NCBI GenBank assembly: GCA_951406725.2
Contig: OX597818.1
Coordinates: 15,872,001-15,936,000 of the forward strand
Source: Octopus vulgaris
Lineage: Eukaryota
Length of the DNA: 64,000 nucleotides
Reading direction: 5' to 3'
The notes below the pieces were generated by a model. That model saw only the letters and a list, made by a program, of their open reading frames with translations, was not told where the DNA came from and did no database searches. Shown one piece after another: positions 1 to 12,185 of the stretch. The number at the start of each line of letters is the position of its first letter. Within the stretch, counting starts at the first letter, position 1. The translations under genes and the position numbers were made by a program.

Positions 1-115
1 GTGATACTCACGATAAAAGCATCCAGAAGATTAAGCAGACCTCTGGCAAGATGATGCCATGGGCAAAACTTAGATCAAGGAGTTGTATAATCACTTCAAA
101 CATGGCTGCACCTTA

Positions 116-200
116 GTGGAGAGTGAGGCATGCTGAGGGAGGCTTAGGGAGAGTGAGGCATGCAGTGGAGAGTGAGGCATCCAGTGGAGAGTGAGGCATA
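116..200 (+). repeat. Short tandem expansion of GGAGAGTGAGGCAT inside the mariner remnant
   Basis: Four copies at 118, 148, 167 and 186. Confidence 0.85.
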
Positions 201-687
201 CTTAGGGAGCCGACCAAGGTTTAGTGAATAGCCATGGAAGAACATTGTATAACAGTCCAGGAAATTGTTTATGAAGTGGGAATAAGCACAGATCCAGGAA
301 TTCTATTTTAACAGAGGATTTGCGCATGCAGAGAGTGTCAGTGAAATTTATTCCCATGGTACTGGTAGAGACAACTCAGTATGGAATCACTCGGGACATG
401 CTGGATTGTGCAAACCACAAACTAGACTTCATGAAGACCATCATCACTGGTGATGAGGGATGGGTTTATGGTCTCTGCTCAATGGTCTCTGCAAGATGAC
501 CATATGTATATGGTCATCTTGCATGAAAAATGACAATCCAACAAGCATGCACTGCATGTCTGTACTCTAAACATAGCAGCCAGAAACTGACACAGCATAC
601 TGGCATGAAAATTTTCACACATGCACAAGAAGGGTGGCATCACTTCCCACCCTTAAGATTTTGCTCATGTGGTATTAGTTTTGGCAG

Positions 688-911
688 AGTTGGCAGAATC
701 GGTAGCACGCCGGGCGAAATGCTTAGCGCTATTTCGTCTGCCAGTACGTTCTGAGTTCAAATTCTGCCGAGGTCAGCTTAGCCTTTCATCCCTTCAGGGT
801 CGATAAATTAAGCACCTGTTACGCACTGAGGTCGATGTAATCGACTTAATCCGTTTGTCTGTCCTTGTTTGTCCCCTCTGTGTTTAACCCCCTGTGGGTA
901 GTAAAGAAATA
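688..911 (+). mobile_element. tRNA-headed SINE with Nin/Deu-like core
   Basis: B-box-like GAGTTCAAATTC; core GCCTTTCATCCCTTCAGGGTCGATAAA resembles the Nin domain as I recall it; 17-bp TSD GGTATTAGTTTTGGCAG at 671-687 and 912-928. Confidence 0.85.
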
Positions 912-1251
912 GGTATTAGTTTTGGCAGGGAAAAAATAAAGTTGGATATTTTTTGAATGCACCTTGTATAATGTAAATATGTCATGTAAACATTCAAACA
1001 CCATCACTATCTTTCCAAATCTTGCTGCATTTCATATGGAACTGCAGGTCCTCCAACATCATCTTGTTGTATAAGTCAGCCTATCTACTTTGGCTGTAAA
1101 TTTTGGTCTGGAAACTTCAATTTGCATGTCAGAAAATAAAGCAAATGAATGGTTTTTATGTAAAATTATTGTGTTGGGTCAAAAGCTTTGCAATACATCA
1201 TTTACATTAATTACAATTGACGGATATTTATCCTCATCTTGTTTGTTGTTA

Positions 1252-1295
1252 ACATAATGTTTCGGCTGATATACCCTCCAGCCTTCATCAGGTGT
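1252..1295 (-). ncRNA. Degenerate minimal type I hammerhead ribozyme
   Basis: Minus strand: acac CTGATGA a ggctg-gagggtatat-cagcc GAAA ca tt atgt. Core and 5-bp stem II intact; stem III and stem I each carry a G>A change. Confidence 0.65.
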
Positions 1296-1310
1296 ATTAT
1301 TATTATTATT

Positions 1311-1659
1311 ATTGAGTGAGCGAGCAGAGCATGCCATCAAAGTGACACTGGGGTAAAATATACGAAGCCCAGTATACCCATCATGACTACCCGTCTGATA
1401 AGGGTACACCAGGCACATGCATCACAACCATATGTGCGCGACATGGTGATCTCATATCAAGATAAACAGCACATGACCTTGCAGGTGGAGCCCAGTTAGA
1501 ATTTTCTTCAGATCAAGTAACCCATCCCGCTCAAAAGGTCCCTGAATAAGGGTTGTTTAAGGACGTTGAACGAAACACCCATGTTTCCAGAGGTGAATTA
1601 TTCAAACCCCAAAGAATCCTTCTCAACACATGGCTATGATGCTCCCCCACTGCATCAAG

Positions 1660-1660
<1 letters not shown>
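1311..1660. repeat. Unclassified interspersed repeat between (TTA)n tracts
   Basis: GC-richer 350-bp block bounded by TTA repeats; no recognisable protein motif. Confidence 0.45.

Positions 1661-1662
<2 letters not shown>

Positions 1663-1752
<90 letters not shown>
1663..1752. repeat. (TTA)n microsatellite
   Basis: Direct; about 30 units with two TCA variants. Confidence 0.95.
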
Positions 1753-2520
1753 GTTTTTTCCTTCTTCCTTCAAATTTTCTTCCGTTTCTCGCCGAGTGTT
1801 TTCCATACACCTAGGACAGAGAAGGGCATTGTATGCATTCCCAGATTACACGCGCAAATTCACAGATAAAATATGTATTTAAAAATTAATAAATAAATAA
1901 ATTCATGGATGGATGTTATTTTCACAGTGATAGTGCTCTTCTCAGTACACGAGCCGTTCCAGTTAATACGTTTTTTTGCACTTCCTGTAGGGATGTAAGC
2001 CTGGAATCATTTTCAAATAGGTTTCAGTGCCTTTTTTTATCATTCCTAGAGATCCTACAATCACTGGTACTGTAGTCGCCTTGAGATGCCACATTTTTTC
2101 AATTTCCATTAGCAGGTCTTTATATTTACTAATCTTGTCAAATTCTTTCGCCACTATATTGTGATCACAGGGAATACTCATGTCAATTAATAAACACATC
2201 CTTTTTGTCTGATCTTTTATAATGATATCCTGTTTATTGGCTTTTATAGTCCTGTCGGTCTGCACGGGGAAGTCCCATAGAATCGACACATTTTCTCCCT
2301 CAGTCACAGCTTCAGGATGATGTTTATACCATTTGTCAGCTGTTTTGATTTTATAATGCCGATATATTGTCCAGTGTAAATACTGGCCGACTCTGTCATG
2401 TCTTGCTTTATATTCTGCAGGTGCTAAGACTCTACACCCTGAGATTAGGTGGTCTATTTTTTCAATCTCATCGTTACAGAATAGGCATTTTGGGTCAGCT
2501 CCATTTTTCATCACATTGGC
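1753..2520 (-). mobile_element. 5'-truncated R4/Dong-clade non-LTR retrotransposon (zinc knuckle, restriction-like endonuclease, 3' UTR)
   Basis: ORF 1963-2514: CLFC..IDHLISGC (CCHC), RHDRV, ILWDF, ANKQDII..LLID, KISKY, PVIVGSLG. Flanked by (TAA)n on both sides, the known Dong target. Confidence 0.9.
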
Positions 2521-2532
2521 TTGGTAGTTGGC

Positions 2533-2566
<34 letters not shown>

Positions 2567-2569
<3 letters not shown>

Positions 2570-2645
2570 AGTCACCACATGGAATCAAACTCGGAATCTT
2601 GGGGTCAGTAGCCCACGTTCTTAAACACTACACCATATGCCCATG
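2567..2645 (-). mobile_element. Short tRNA-derived SINE with (AAT)n tail
   Basis: Minus: GGGCATATGGTGTAGTGTTTAAG..GAGTTTGATTCC (A- and B-box-like), followed by the AAT tract at 2533-2566. Confidence 0.65.
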
Positions 2646-3428
2646 TTAACGCCATATGTGTTAACAACAAACAAGATGAGGGCAAATATCCACCAATTGT
2701 AAATAATGTAAATACATTATTCCTCATCTCTTAAATATAGAACAAGCTTTGCAATATTTTGGTAACTAACTTGCTTTATTCATCAAATTACAACAAAAGC
2801 AATGTAGCATTTAAAGTAGAGGCCATCATGTTGCACCATCTGATGACACCTTTTTACCAGTTCTTTGGTCACACACAGGTATCAGTTTTTATCCTTTGAG
2901 GTAAAGAACTCCTCCACTGAAGCTTCCAGCGCTTCTTGGTTGATGAAGTGTTGTGAGTGCAGGAAGTGAGCCATAGATCAGAACAAGTAATAATCCCCAA
3001 AAATATTTTTCTGCAATTCTAACATGCATAAACAATGGTTAAAGCAAGAGCTACTTTTTGAAATCTGTTGTCAAATGTGCAGATTTCGAACACAAGGTGA
3101 TGCTCTGCATCTGATGGAATTATGAAGATATAGTTCATGTTGAGTTCATTCTGGATGGTCGTCCCACTGATACCAGCCCCTACTCCAAACAGCTGGTACC
3201 GTTATATGCCAATGTGTAGCAAAAATACTGGGCACTAGTTAATAGAAAACAAGCTTTTTCGCAATAGGACAGCACAAGACCTCATACTACTTGAATGACT
3301 CAGAATAAACTCCAGGAACTCAAGGGAATCAAACTGATGTGGCACCCAGTATATATTTTGAACCTAGCTCCCCCAGATTATTACTTATTCCAATCCATGG
3401 CTCATTCCCCACACCTGTGATGTTTCAT

Positions 3429-4232
3429 CAGTGGATGTCAGAGCTAGGAAGCACCAATAAGTTGGAATTTCTCCATTTTGACAGGGATTTTTCAGATTTA
3501 TTTTTTCATGGCACCCTTGGAAATGATCTAGAACATTTTTTCTATAAAAAGCAAGAATTATTAGAAAAACTGCTTTTCTTAAACCTCCCTCTTCCCCCAC
3601 CACCACCTCCTCCTCTCCAGACTGATTTTGGTCAATTTTGTGGGCACTATGCATGATGATTTTTTGGGGGGCACTATGCACTTTAAAACTATAGGAGTAG
3701 CCTTTCTGGTAAAAACAAAAATACATTTTTTCAGACGAATAGGTGCGTGATTTAAGGAACATTTGGCTGTTCTTTCTAGCATATCCCATGACCAGTAACG
3801 TTTAGGGTTGATGAAAATAATAAATTTTTAAAAATAATTTTTTAATACCATAAATGACTTTATGCTATCAATGGGAAGAAATTATTGAAAAACATCAATA
3901 CTTGTCAGAGTAGCCAAATGTCCCTTAAATCACACACTTTTACAACTGAAAATATGTTGGTTTTTTTTTTTCTGAAAAGACTTCCCCTATAGTTTTTAAG
4001 TACATAGTGCTGAAAAAATAATTGTGCATAGTGCCCACAAAATTGACTAAAATCGGCCTGGAGAGGGGAAGATAGCAGATATAAATAAAATAATTTTTCA
4101 AAAAATTATTTTTTGGCTAAAAAGATGTTCCTGATCATTTCCAAGGGCACCCTGAAAAAAAAAATCAGAAAAATCCCCATCAAAATGGAGAAATTCCAAC
4201 TTGTTGGTGCTTCCTAACTCTGATGTCTGCTG
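3429..4232. mobile_element. MITE with about 290-bp imperfect TIRs, inserted in the mariner transposase
   Basis: 3429-3715 is inverted at about 3965-4232; CAG..CTG ends; flanks TTTCAT/ATTCAT; the mariner frame resumes after it. Confidence 0.85.
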
Positions 4233-4457
4233 ATTCATCAATCAAGAGGAGATGGAAGCTTCAGCGAAGGAGTTCTTTGCTTCAGTGGACAAGAATGGGT
4301 GTCAGTGTGGGATCAAAGAATTGGCAGAAAGGTAGCTTCGGATGGTGGAACATGATGGCCCCCTACCTTGAATGCTAGACTGCTTTTGTTGTGACTCAAC
4401 AAATGAAGCAAATAAGTTACCAAAATGTTGTAAAACTTTTGACTCGACTCAATATAA

Positions 4458-5200
4458 TCTTTTCTACTCTAAGCACAAGGACCAAAATTTGGGGGGAGCA
4501 GGTCAGTCGATTAGATCGACCCCAGTACACAACTAGTACTTAATTTATTGTCCCTGAAAGGATGCAAGGCAAAGTCGACCTTGGCAGAATTTGAATTCAG
4601 AATGTAAAGACAGTCGAAAAACCGCTAAGCATTTCACCTGCCATCCTAACGTTACTTATTTCTTTACTGCCTATAAGGGGCTACACACAGAGGGGGCAAA
4701 TAAGGACAGACAAATGGATTAAGTCGATTATATCTACCTCAATGCATAACTGGTACTTATTTAATCGACCCCGAAAGGATGAAAGGCAAAGTCGACCTCG
4801 GCGGAATTTGAACACAGAATGTAGAGGCAGACGAAATACCTATTTCTTTACTACCCACAAGGGGCTATAAACAACCAACAACTCGCATGGTTTCATGTTC
4901 AAGTCTGCATATATACATTTCTTTACTACCCACAAGGGGCTAAACACAGAGGAGACAAACAAGGACAGACAAACGGATTAAGTCGATTACATCAACTCCA
5001 GTGCGTAATTGGTACTTAATTTATCGACCCCGAAAGAATGAAAGGCAAAGTCGACCTCGGCAGAATTTGAACTCAGAACATAACGGCAGACAAAATACCG
5101 CTAAGCATTTCGCCTGGCATGCTAACATTTCTGCCAGCATGCCGCCTTGTTTTTGTTTTACTTTCAGGCGTCCTAATGTTTCTGCCAACTTGCCATCTTA
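4458..5200 (-). mobile_element. Nested cluster of three or more Nin-type SINE copies
   Basis: Repeated GAAAGGATGAAAGGCAAAGTCGACCTCGGCAGAATTTGAAC blocks near 4555, 4775 and 5035; the head of the outer copy is displaced to 5162-5200. Confidence 0.85.
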
Positions 5201-6391
5201 CTCAACACAATAAAATGGAATATTGAAATAGGAACACTTTTAATAAGTTTTGTATCACGAAATCAGGAGCGGCTTGGGGAAGATCAGTATGAAATGGGTA
5301 AGTTAATACCATAATGTTGTTGCTTGACCTTTGGGTCAGATAGATTAGGCAGATCTATGATGAAATGCATTGCAGCTGTAGCCACCTTATCTTATGTTAG
5401 ACACAAAACATCTGGAACAAACACATCTAATGTGTTTTTATTTTTATCAAGCTAGTAGGGTGTGATTTGCTACTGATGCTGAAAGCAGAATCATCACTGT
5501 GGAATTGATAAACAAGTAAACTAATTAAATTGCATGAGCTGAGTTTAATCATTCTCAAGGGAAAAGTCACTTGAAGAAAATCTTGTGAAATGTTTGTTTC
5601 CCATCTATTTAGTGTCATGGAGACAAGAAACAAACATTAGCTCCAAGTATCCTTGTGATTTCATAATGTATTATTAGCTGATAATCTTCAGCTAATAGGG
5701 AAGAGCTTTTGGAAGAGTTTGATGCATTCAATTGTCATTTGAGGAGTGGACAATCTTAATGTTCAGGCTCTGAGATAGTGAATAAGAGAGAAAGGGTAAG
5801 TGTGGTTAGGTAAGAAAGAAAAACAACAGCAGAAAAACACAAAATTAAAACCCTACTTTCTCCTACTCACACACCAGCACACACACACACGTGCTGATTA
5901 ATGAAACCTTTGTTGCTGGGCTTAGTATATAATATATGATCATTTCAAACTAAGGCAGAAGACCTAAGAAGGGGAATACTTGATTGCTTTGATTCCCTCA
6001 CACCACCCAACCAATGATTGACTAATATTTATTTTATTAATCACAGAAGGGATATAAGACAAGTTGTCTTTAGCATCATTTGAACTCAGAACATAATGAT
6101 CTGTATATGTACTACATAAGATTTTGCCTGACTGTCTAATGATGCTGTAAATCTGATACAGCAGTTTAATGGCATTAACATATAATATAATATATATAAA
6201 AAGTATAATATAGTAGTTTATGACATATTTATCAAAATCATATTGGTCAAAAGACAAAATTGTTGAAAAATCACAGCTGTTAGAAATTGAAATTGATCCA
6301 AAATATAAATTGACATCAAATACATTAGCTTTAGGTTCTTGTGCACAGCTCAACACATTCTTTGGCAAGCTTATTCCATCAGGTTTGGTTG

Positions 6392-6600
6392 ATTACAGGT
6401 AAGTTCACTGCCATCAATTCACCGCAAGGAAAGTTCACCATGAGGTAAGTACACTGCGAGAAAAGTTTATTGAGAAAATATATTCATATTATCTCACCAT
6501 GAATAGTTAAACACTATTTTATTGGAAAAACATACCCAGTGAATTGATGACAATGAACTTTCCCTATGGTTAATTGATGATGGTGAACTAACTGAACATG
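6392..6600. mobile_element. MITE with 9-10 bp TSD (Mutator-like)
   Basis: GGTTTGGTTG at 6382-6391 and 6601-6610; about 45-bp imperfect TIRs built from AGTTCAC/AATTCAC subrepeats. Confidence 0.7.
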
Positions 6601-6722
6601 GGTTTGGTTGGCTGCTACTCTTGCACATCCATTCCATGTAATACTGACTGTCTTCAGGTCATTTTGAATGGTTTGCTGGTAAGAGCCCTTCAGCCTTCCC
6701 CTTTTACAACTGTCAATTGATG

Positions 6723-7037
6723 TGGAGGCACATGGCCTAATGGTTAGAGCAGTGGACTTGCAGTCGAGGGATTACAGGTTCGAATCTCAGACCGGACAAT
6801 GTGTGTGTTTATGAGTGAAACACCTAAGCTCCACGCGGCTCCGGCAGAAGGTAATGGCGAACTTCTACTGACTCTTTCGCCACAACTTTCGCCACAACTT
6901 TCTCTCACTCTTTCCTCCTGCATCTTACAGCTCACCTGCGACGGACCGGTGTCCCATCTAGTTGGGGATCCTATATGCCAAGGAAACCAGGAAACCAGCC
7001 TTTATGAGTCAGGTATGACTCGAGAAGAAAAAAACAA
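6723..7037 (+). mobile_element. Full-length SINE with tRNA-Arg-like head
   Basis: TGGCCTAATGGTTAGAG A-box, GGTTCGAATCT B-box; 15-bp TSD AACTGYCAATTGATG at 6708-6722 and 7038-7052. Confidence 0.85.
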
Positions 7038-7240
7038 AACTGCCAATTGATGGTGCCCAAGATAACTACTACGAATACATCAAAATACATATTTTTCAAG
7101 AAATATTTGGAGAAAGACATATTTGTTGAAAGATATATTTGTTGAAAAACATAGAAATAATTGAAACTTAAAGTCAAATAATTGTTTAGTCTGTCTGAAA
7201 TTAATATAAACAGCTAGACACAATGTGATACCATAAAGGA

Positions 7241-7612
7241 AAAATTCAATCGTCACTAAGTGTGACTAAGGGTGCCAATGTACCTACATTGCTTGAAGTA
7301 AGAGTTAAAATACTCTTAGTGCTGTAAGAAGAGTGCAGATGTATTCATGCTGACAGGTGTATATGCATTAACATTGTGCTAATATATGCTGACAGGCAGA
7401 ATTAGCCCAAAATGTGCTGGTCAAGCAGTCCTCACTGATGATGTTTATGGAATAGATGAAACTAGATGTCTAGTCTACGGATTTTTGAGTCAGCATGGGG
7501 CAATTACCTCCTCTGTCAGCATGAATGAATCTGCATTCTTCCTACAGCATTAAGAGTATTTTAACTCTTACTTCTAGCACCCTCAGTCACACTTAGTGAT
7601 AACTGAAATTTT
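7241..7612. mobile_element. MITE with about 100-bp TIRs
   Basis: 7241-7356 is inverted at 7513-7612; the left arm has an extra CAATGTA-CC-TACATTG mini-palindrome. Confidence 0.8.
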
Positions 7613-7762
7613 ATGTATATATGTATGTGTATATATATATTAATCACAGTGTACAGTATTATATTTCCATCACAGCCAATCTTACCAATTAGTTTCATAC
7701 TGGGGGTAGGAGTTCAATGGGATGTTAATAACTACGTGATTATGTAACCTTGTGCTCTTCAG

Positions 7763-7824
7763 AGTTAACAGTTATGGAAGAAAAAACACCATGGAATACA
7801 ACATAGAGTGGAAGAAAGCCTTAG
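7763..7824 (+). CDS. Candidate host exon (VNSYGRKNTMEYNIEWKKAL)
   Basis: Acceptor cttgtgctcttcag, donor TAG|gtacgt, one open frame, ACCATGG at 7788-7794. No protein recognised. Confidence 0.3.
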
Positions 7825-7935
7825 GTACGTTGTCAGTATGTGTGTGTGTGTGCGTGTATTCATACATGCATACATACATGTATATATGTGTGTATCTATC
7901 TTTCTATAGATATTTGTGTGTGCGTGTATTTAACT

Positions 7936-8160
7936 TTTATCTTTTACTTGTTGCACTCAATTGACTGTGGCCATGCTGGGGCAATGTCTTAAAGAATTTT
8001 TGCTGAACTAATTGACTTTGATGCTTATTTTATTTTTTTAAGCCTGGTTCTTATTCTATTGGTCTCTTTTGAAGAACCCCTAAATTACAGAGATGTAAAT
8101 ACACCAACACTGGTCATCAAACAGTGGTGGTAGACAAACACAGACACAAAGACACATATA

Positions 8161-8211
<51 letters not shown>

Positions 8212-8317
8212 ACTGTTCTTGTGAACCAAATCCACTCACAAGGCTTTGTTTGAACCGAGGCTATAGTAGAAGACACTTACCCAAGGTGCCATATAGCAGG
8301 ACTGAACCTGGAACCAT
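7936..8317 (-). mobile_element. Abundant tRNA-derived SINE with internal (TG)n
   Basis: Family motifs GGCACCTTGGGYAAGTGTCTTCTACTATAGCC and CAGCATGGCCRCAGTC on the minus strand. Confidence 0.8.
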
Positions 8318-8354
8318 TATGTATGTATGTATGTATGTACATACATATATATAT

Positions 8355-8595
8355 TGCCGGTGTTACATAAAAAGCACTATCCGAGCGAGAACGATGCCAG
8401 ACCCACCTGACTGACTCCTGTGCCGGTGACATGTAAAAAGCACCCACTACACTCTCAGAGTGGTTAGCATTAGGAAGGGTATCCAGCTGTAGAAACATTT
8501 CCAGATCAGACTGGAGTCTGGTGCAGCCGCTGGCTCTCTAGACCTCAGTCAAACTGTCCAGCATGGAAAACAGACATTAAAAATGATGATAATGA
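8355..8595 (+). mobile_element. RTE LINE 3' tail fragment
   Basis: AAAAGCACCCACTACACTC..TTAGGAAGGGYATCCAGCTGTAGAAAC..(GAT)n, the same tail as the RTE copies at 14-16 kb and 43-48 kb. Confidence 0.8.
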
Positions 8596-8624
8596 TTATA
8601 TATATATATATATATATATATATC

Positions 8625-8903
8625 AAGTGATCACATGACCAACCAGGCTATCAGATGTTGCTATACATCGCATTGCTTTAGCCTTCAAATGATGCCACCC
8701 CGCTGGCTAAGCAAGCAAGCCAACAGAAGAAAGAGTGAGAGAAAGTTGTGGTGAAGGAGTATCGTCACCACCCTCTGCCGGAGCCGCGTGGAGCTTTAGA
8801 TGTTTTAGCTCAATAAACACTCACAACGCCCAGTCTGGGAATCGAAACCGTGATCCTACGACCGCAAGTCCGCTGCCCTAACCACTGGGCCATTGCACCT
8901 CCA
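8625..8903 (-). mobile_element. SINE with tRNA-Arg-like head; same head and body as 6723-7037, different tail
   Basis: Minus: TGGAGGTGCAATGGCCCAGTGGTTAGGG..GGTTTCGATTCC..AAGCTCCACGCGGCTCCGGCAG. Confidence 0.8.
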
Positions 8904-9361
8904 TACACATACACACACGCATATATGTATGTATGTATGTATGCATGTATATATGTATGCATGTATGTAAGTATGTATGCATGTATATGAAGTCAGTGAA
9001 ATAGTTTAGCACATCTTCAGTCTTTGAAACTCCAATTCAAGAGTGTGGAGAGTCATGAGCTTGGGTTGAACACTACATTAGAAATATTCTAATTTTCTAC
9101 CCTTTCAAGACTATAATTGATTAATTAATTAATTAATTAATTAATTAATTAATTAATTAAACAATATATGTATGTCTACATATGGCACAGGCACACCTGT
9201 TATCAAACTTTGGTGCCTAAGTGTGCTTCAGGAAATTCTGGGAGGGCACTACTTTGTAATAATACTAATGAGGAGTTTCAAAATATGTGTATCACTGTAA
9301 TCTGAGGGTGCACCAGTGAAGGAGAAGTGCTGTCCAATGCAACCTCTTAGCCACAGGCATG

Positions 9362-9519
9362 GGTGCAGGTGTGACTGTGTGGTAAGAAGTTTGTTTCCTT
9401 ACTACATTGTTTGGGGTTCAGTTCCAATACTGGCACCTCGGGCAATTATTTTTTTACTATAGCCTCAGGCTGACCAAAGCTATGTGAGTTGATTTGATAG
9501 ATGGAAACTGAAAGGAGCC

Positions 9520-9582
<63 letters not shown>

Positions 9583-10318
9583 TGTGTGTGTTTGTTCCCC
9601 ATCACCTCTTGACAACCAATGTTGGTGTGTTCACATCCCTTTAACTTAGATGTTCAGCAAAAAAGATCAATAGAATAAGCACGACTTAAAAAAAGATACT
9701 GAAAATATTGGGGTCAATTTGTTCGATTAAAATTCTTCAAGGCAGAGCCCCAGCATGGCTGCTGTCTAATGACTGAAACAAGAAAAAGATAGAAGATATG
9801 TATATGTGTAAGTTCATTCATTTTATATTAATTTTCCATGCTAACACAGTTTAGACAAATGATTACCGAGGTTTTATTTTACAGCCAGATCCTTTTCCTA
9901 TTGTTAACCCTTACTCTTTACTCTTTTACTTGTTTCAGTCATTTGACTGCGGCCATGCTGGAGCACTGCCTTTAGTCGAGCAAATCGATCCCGGGACTTA
10001 TTCTTCGTAAGCCTAGTACTTATTCTATCGGTCTCTTTTGCCAAAACGCTAAGCGACGCGGACGTAAACACACCAGCATTGGTTGTCAAGCAATGCTAGG
10101 GGGACAAACACAGACACACAAACATATACACACACATACAAACATATATATACATATATACGACAGGCTTCTTTCAGTTTCCATCTACCAAATCCACTCA
10201 CAAGGCATTGGTTGGCCTGAGGCTAGAGCAGAAGACACTTGCCCAAGGTGTCACACAGTGGGACTGAACCCGGAACCATGTGGTTGGTAAGCAAGCTACT
10301 TACCACACAGCCACTCCT
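9362..10318. mobile_element. Two copies of the abundant SINE, tail to tail (9362-9795 plus; 9910-10318 minus)
   Basis: Heads GGCTGTGTGGTAAG..GGGTTCAGTCCC and tails ATGACTGAAACAAG. Confidence 0.85.
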
Positions 10319-10635
10319 TGCTTGCTTTTTAAGTAAAGAATCTCTTATTTCACACATCTTCAAAAGTGCAAAGCCAACAGACAATTTGTTGACAAAAAAA
10401 CAAAATGACAATAGACCTGGTGACATATAAAAAGCACCCATTACGCTCTTTGAGTGGTTTGCGCTAGGAAGGGCATCTGGCCATTGAAACCATGCCAAAT
10501 CAGACTGGAACCTGGTGTAACTCTACAGCTTACCAGTTCCAGTTAAACCATGTAACCCTGCCAGCATGGAAAGCAGATGCTTAATGATGATGATGAATGT
10601 CATCACTAGTAACTGGTGATATTTGAAGAATATGT

Positions 10636-10675
<40 letters not shown>

Positions 10676-11308
10676 ACAAACGCATGTAAATGCATGAAGG
10701 ATGACAAGTAGAGTTGACCATTGCAGGATTTGACTGCAGAAGCTTTGTAACTTTGTGCTTTAAACTGTGGTGCCCCACACTCTACATGTTCTTGCCATAC
10801 CACTCTTGTAATAATTATTTTAAAAATAGGAACATGACCAGAATAGAACAGTAGACACTTGTTTTTGACTGATACTTCAGCAGTTGACCTCAGCTAATTA
10901 TTATGTGTCCAGCACTTCTTTCTGAAGGTCATTAACAATTCTATGGCATGAATGTTTATAATTTTATAATTATCCCACATAACTTCTTAAACCAAACATT
11001 AAAGTGAGTAGAGTATACATAATCAATTAATTTTGATTTATATATTTGTGATTACTAAATTTTAGGTCCTCAAAATTTTATATTTGATTTAAATATAAAG
11101 GAAACATTGTTTTATCTTTATATATATATATATATATATAGGCACAAGCATGGCTGTGTGGTAAAAAGTTTGCTTCCCAATTACATGGTTTCAGGTTCAG
11201 TCCCACTGTGTGGCACCTTGGGTAAGTGTCTTCTATTGAAGCTTTGCATCAACCAAAGAGATGTTAGATTTAGCAGATAGAAACTGTAAGAAACTAGCTG
11301 AATATACA

Positions 11309-12138
11309 CCGGGTGCTCAGGCTAATTTTGAAAAGGAAAAGAACAAAGAATAAAAGTAATTCAAAAATCAAAATATATCGAGATTATAACTGGGAGGTAA
11401 CAATTTATTCAAAGTACTGGCCCTCAGCTTCACCATGTCCTCAAGACAGTGCTAGAACCTGGTGCATGCATTCCTCACTGTGTTTATGGACAGATCTTTG
11501 AACAGTTCCTTGATCTTGGTTAACAGCATGGCCTTGGTGTCACAGGCAGAGTGGTTGAAGTTTTTCTCATCTGTGCCCCACATATAGTAATCCATGGGAT
11601 TACAATCAGTAGAATTAGCAGGCTAAAAATTGAGGCTGGTGAACTTGTAGAAATTTTCCAAAATCCACTTCTGATTCTTTCCAGAGATATAGCGAGGAAC
11701 TGAATCCTGCCTTCCACCTGCAACCCTCTCCAGCTAGGAATTGACCACAGTATCCCACAGCTTCACATAGCCATCTGACTTGAGCCTAAGGCCTTGTTCA
11801 AAGATGTGAGGCAGTGTCACCGAAGACACATCCAAACACCTGCTGGGCACAGCTTTATAGTCACCATTGCAACTGTCCATGCCACATCTTACAGCCTTCA
11901 CAGAGCATAGAGCAGCAGACATGGTGTCAGTATATTGATACCCAACATAAATCATCAAAAGACAGGTAATTCTATTCGAATATTCAGATGGCTTCCAGTC
12001 CTTCATGTCAGCTCACTTTTTCACAACTACAACTTTAATCTTTATGCTCGCCAATGCCCTTCACTGTTCAACAAAATATCAAGCTGTTTTTCAAAAAAGA
12101 AGACATGAAAGTGATCACCAAATTTAACCTGAACACAC

Positions 12139-12140
<2 letters not shown>
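11309..12140 (-). mobile_element. Internally deleted maT (DD37D) Tc1/mariner element
   Basis: Minus frame QDSVPRY..NSTDCNPMDYYMWG with 37 residues between the aspartates; ends AEGQYFE*; TIRs CCGGGTGCTCAGGCTAATTT / CAGTGTGTTCAGGTTAAATTT. Confidence 0.85.

Positions 12141-12185
<45 letters not shown>

Larger units (their letters stand above)
1..966 (+). mobile_element. Mariner-derived non-autonomous element: transposase N-terminal remnant joined to an inverted copy of the element 5' end
   Basis: 1-472 translates (with frameshifts) to ..DLRMQRVSVKFIP..DFMKTIITGDEGWVYG, the mariner TGDExWVY motif. Right end TTTTTTGAATGCACCTTG followed by TA at 967-968. Left end lies outside the window. Confidence 0.8.
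1196..2743. mobile_element. Penelope-like non-autonomous insertion with inverted terminal arms, carrying nested inserts
   Basis: 13-bp TSD AAGCTTTGCAATA at 1183-1195 and 2744-2756; about 1200-1255 is inverted at about 2657-2712; contains a hammerhead motif. Confidence 0.7.
1169..4452. mobile_element. Mariner relic with both ends made from the transposase 3' end (minus arm 1169-1195 + 2744-2995; plus arm about 3050-4452)
   Basis: Plus arm reads KVMLCI*WNYEDIVHVEF..HPVYILNLAPPDYYLFQSM..GIKELAER*LRMVEHDG; the minus arm is an inverted copy of its last about 280 bp. TIRs TTGTGTTGGGTCAAAAG / revcomp TTGAGTCGAGTCAAAAG, TA on both flanks. Confidence 0.85.
6325..7070 (-). mobile_element. Old RTE LINE 3' end interrupted by a MITE and a SINE
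   Basis: After removing the inserts it reads CKRGRLKGSYQQTIQNDLKTVSITWNGCARVAANQT*WNKLAKEC, matching the RTE C-terminal KRGRP..DL..W..A.DR..W pattern. Confidence 0.7.

Noticed and set aside
5677-5795. Exon-like segment with a strong AGG|gtaagt donor
   Set aside because: The frames I read contain stops and there is no other support; at most a UTR exon.
6220-6720. Plus-strand frame that stays open for about 90 codons once the MITE is removed, with a gtaaga donor
   Set aside because: It is the antisense shadow of the RTE C-terminus on the minus strand.
9115-9160. (TTAA)n tract as a piggyBac footprint array
   Set aside because: A simple slippage microsatellite explains it; no adjacent TIR.
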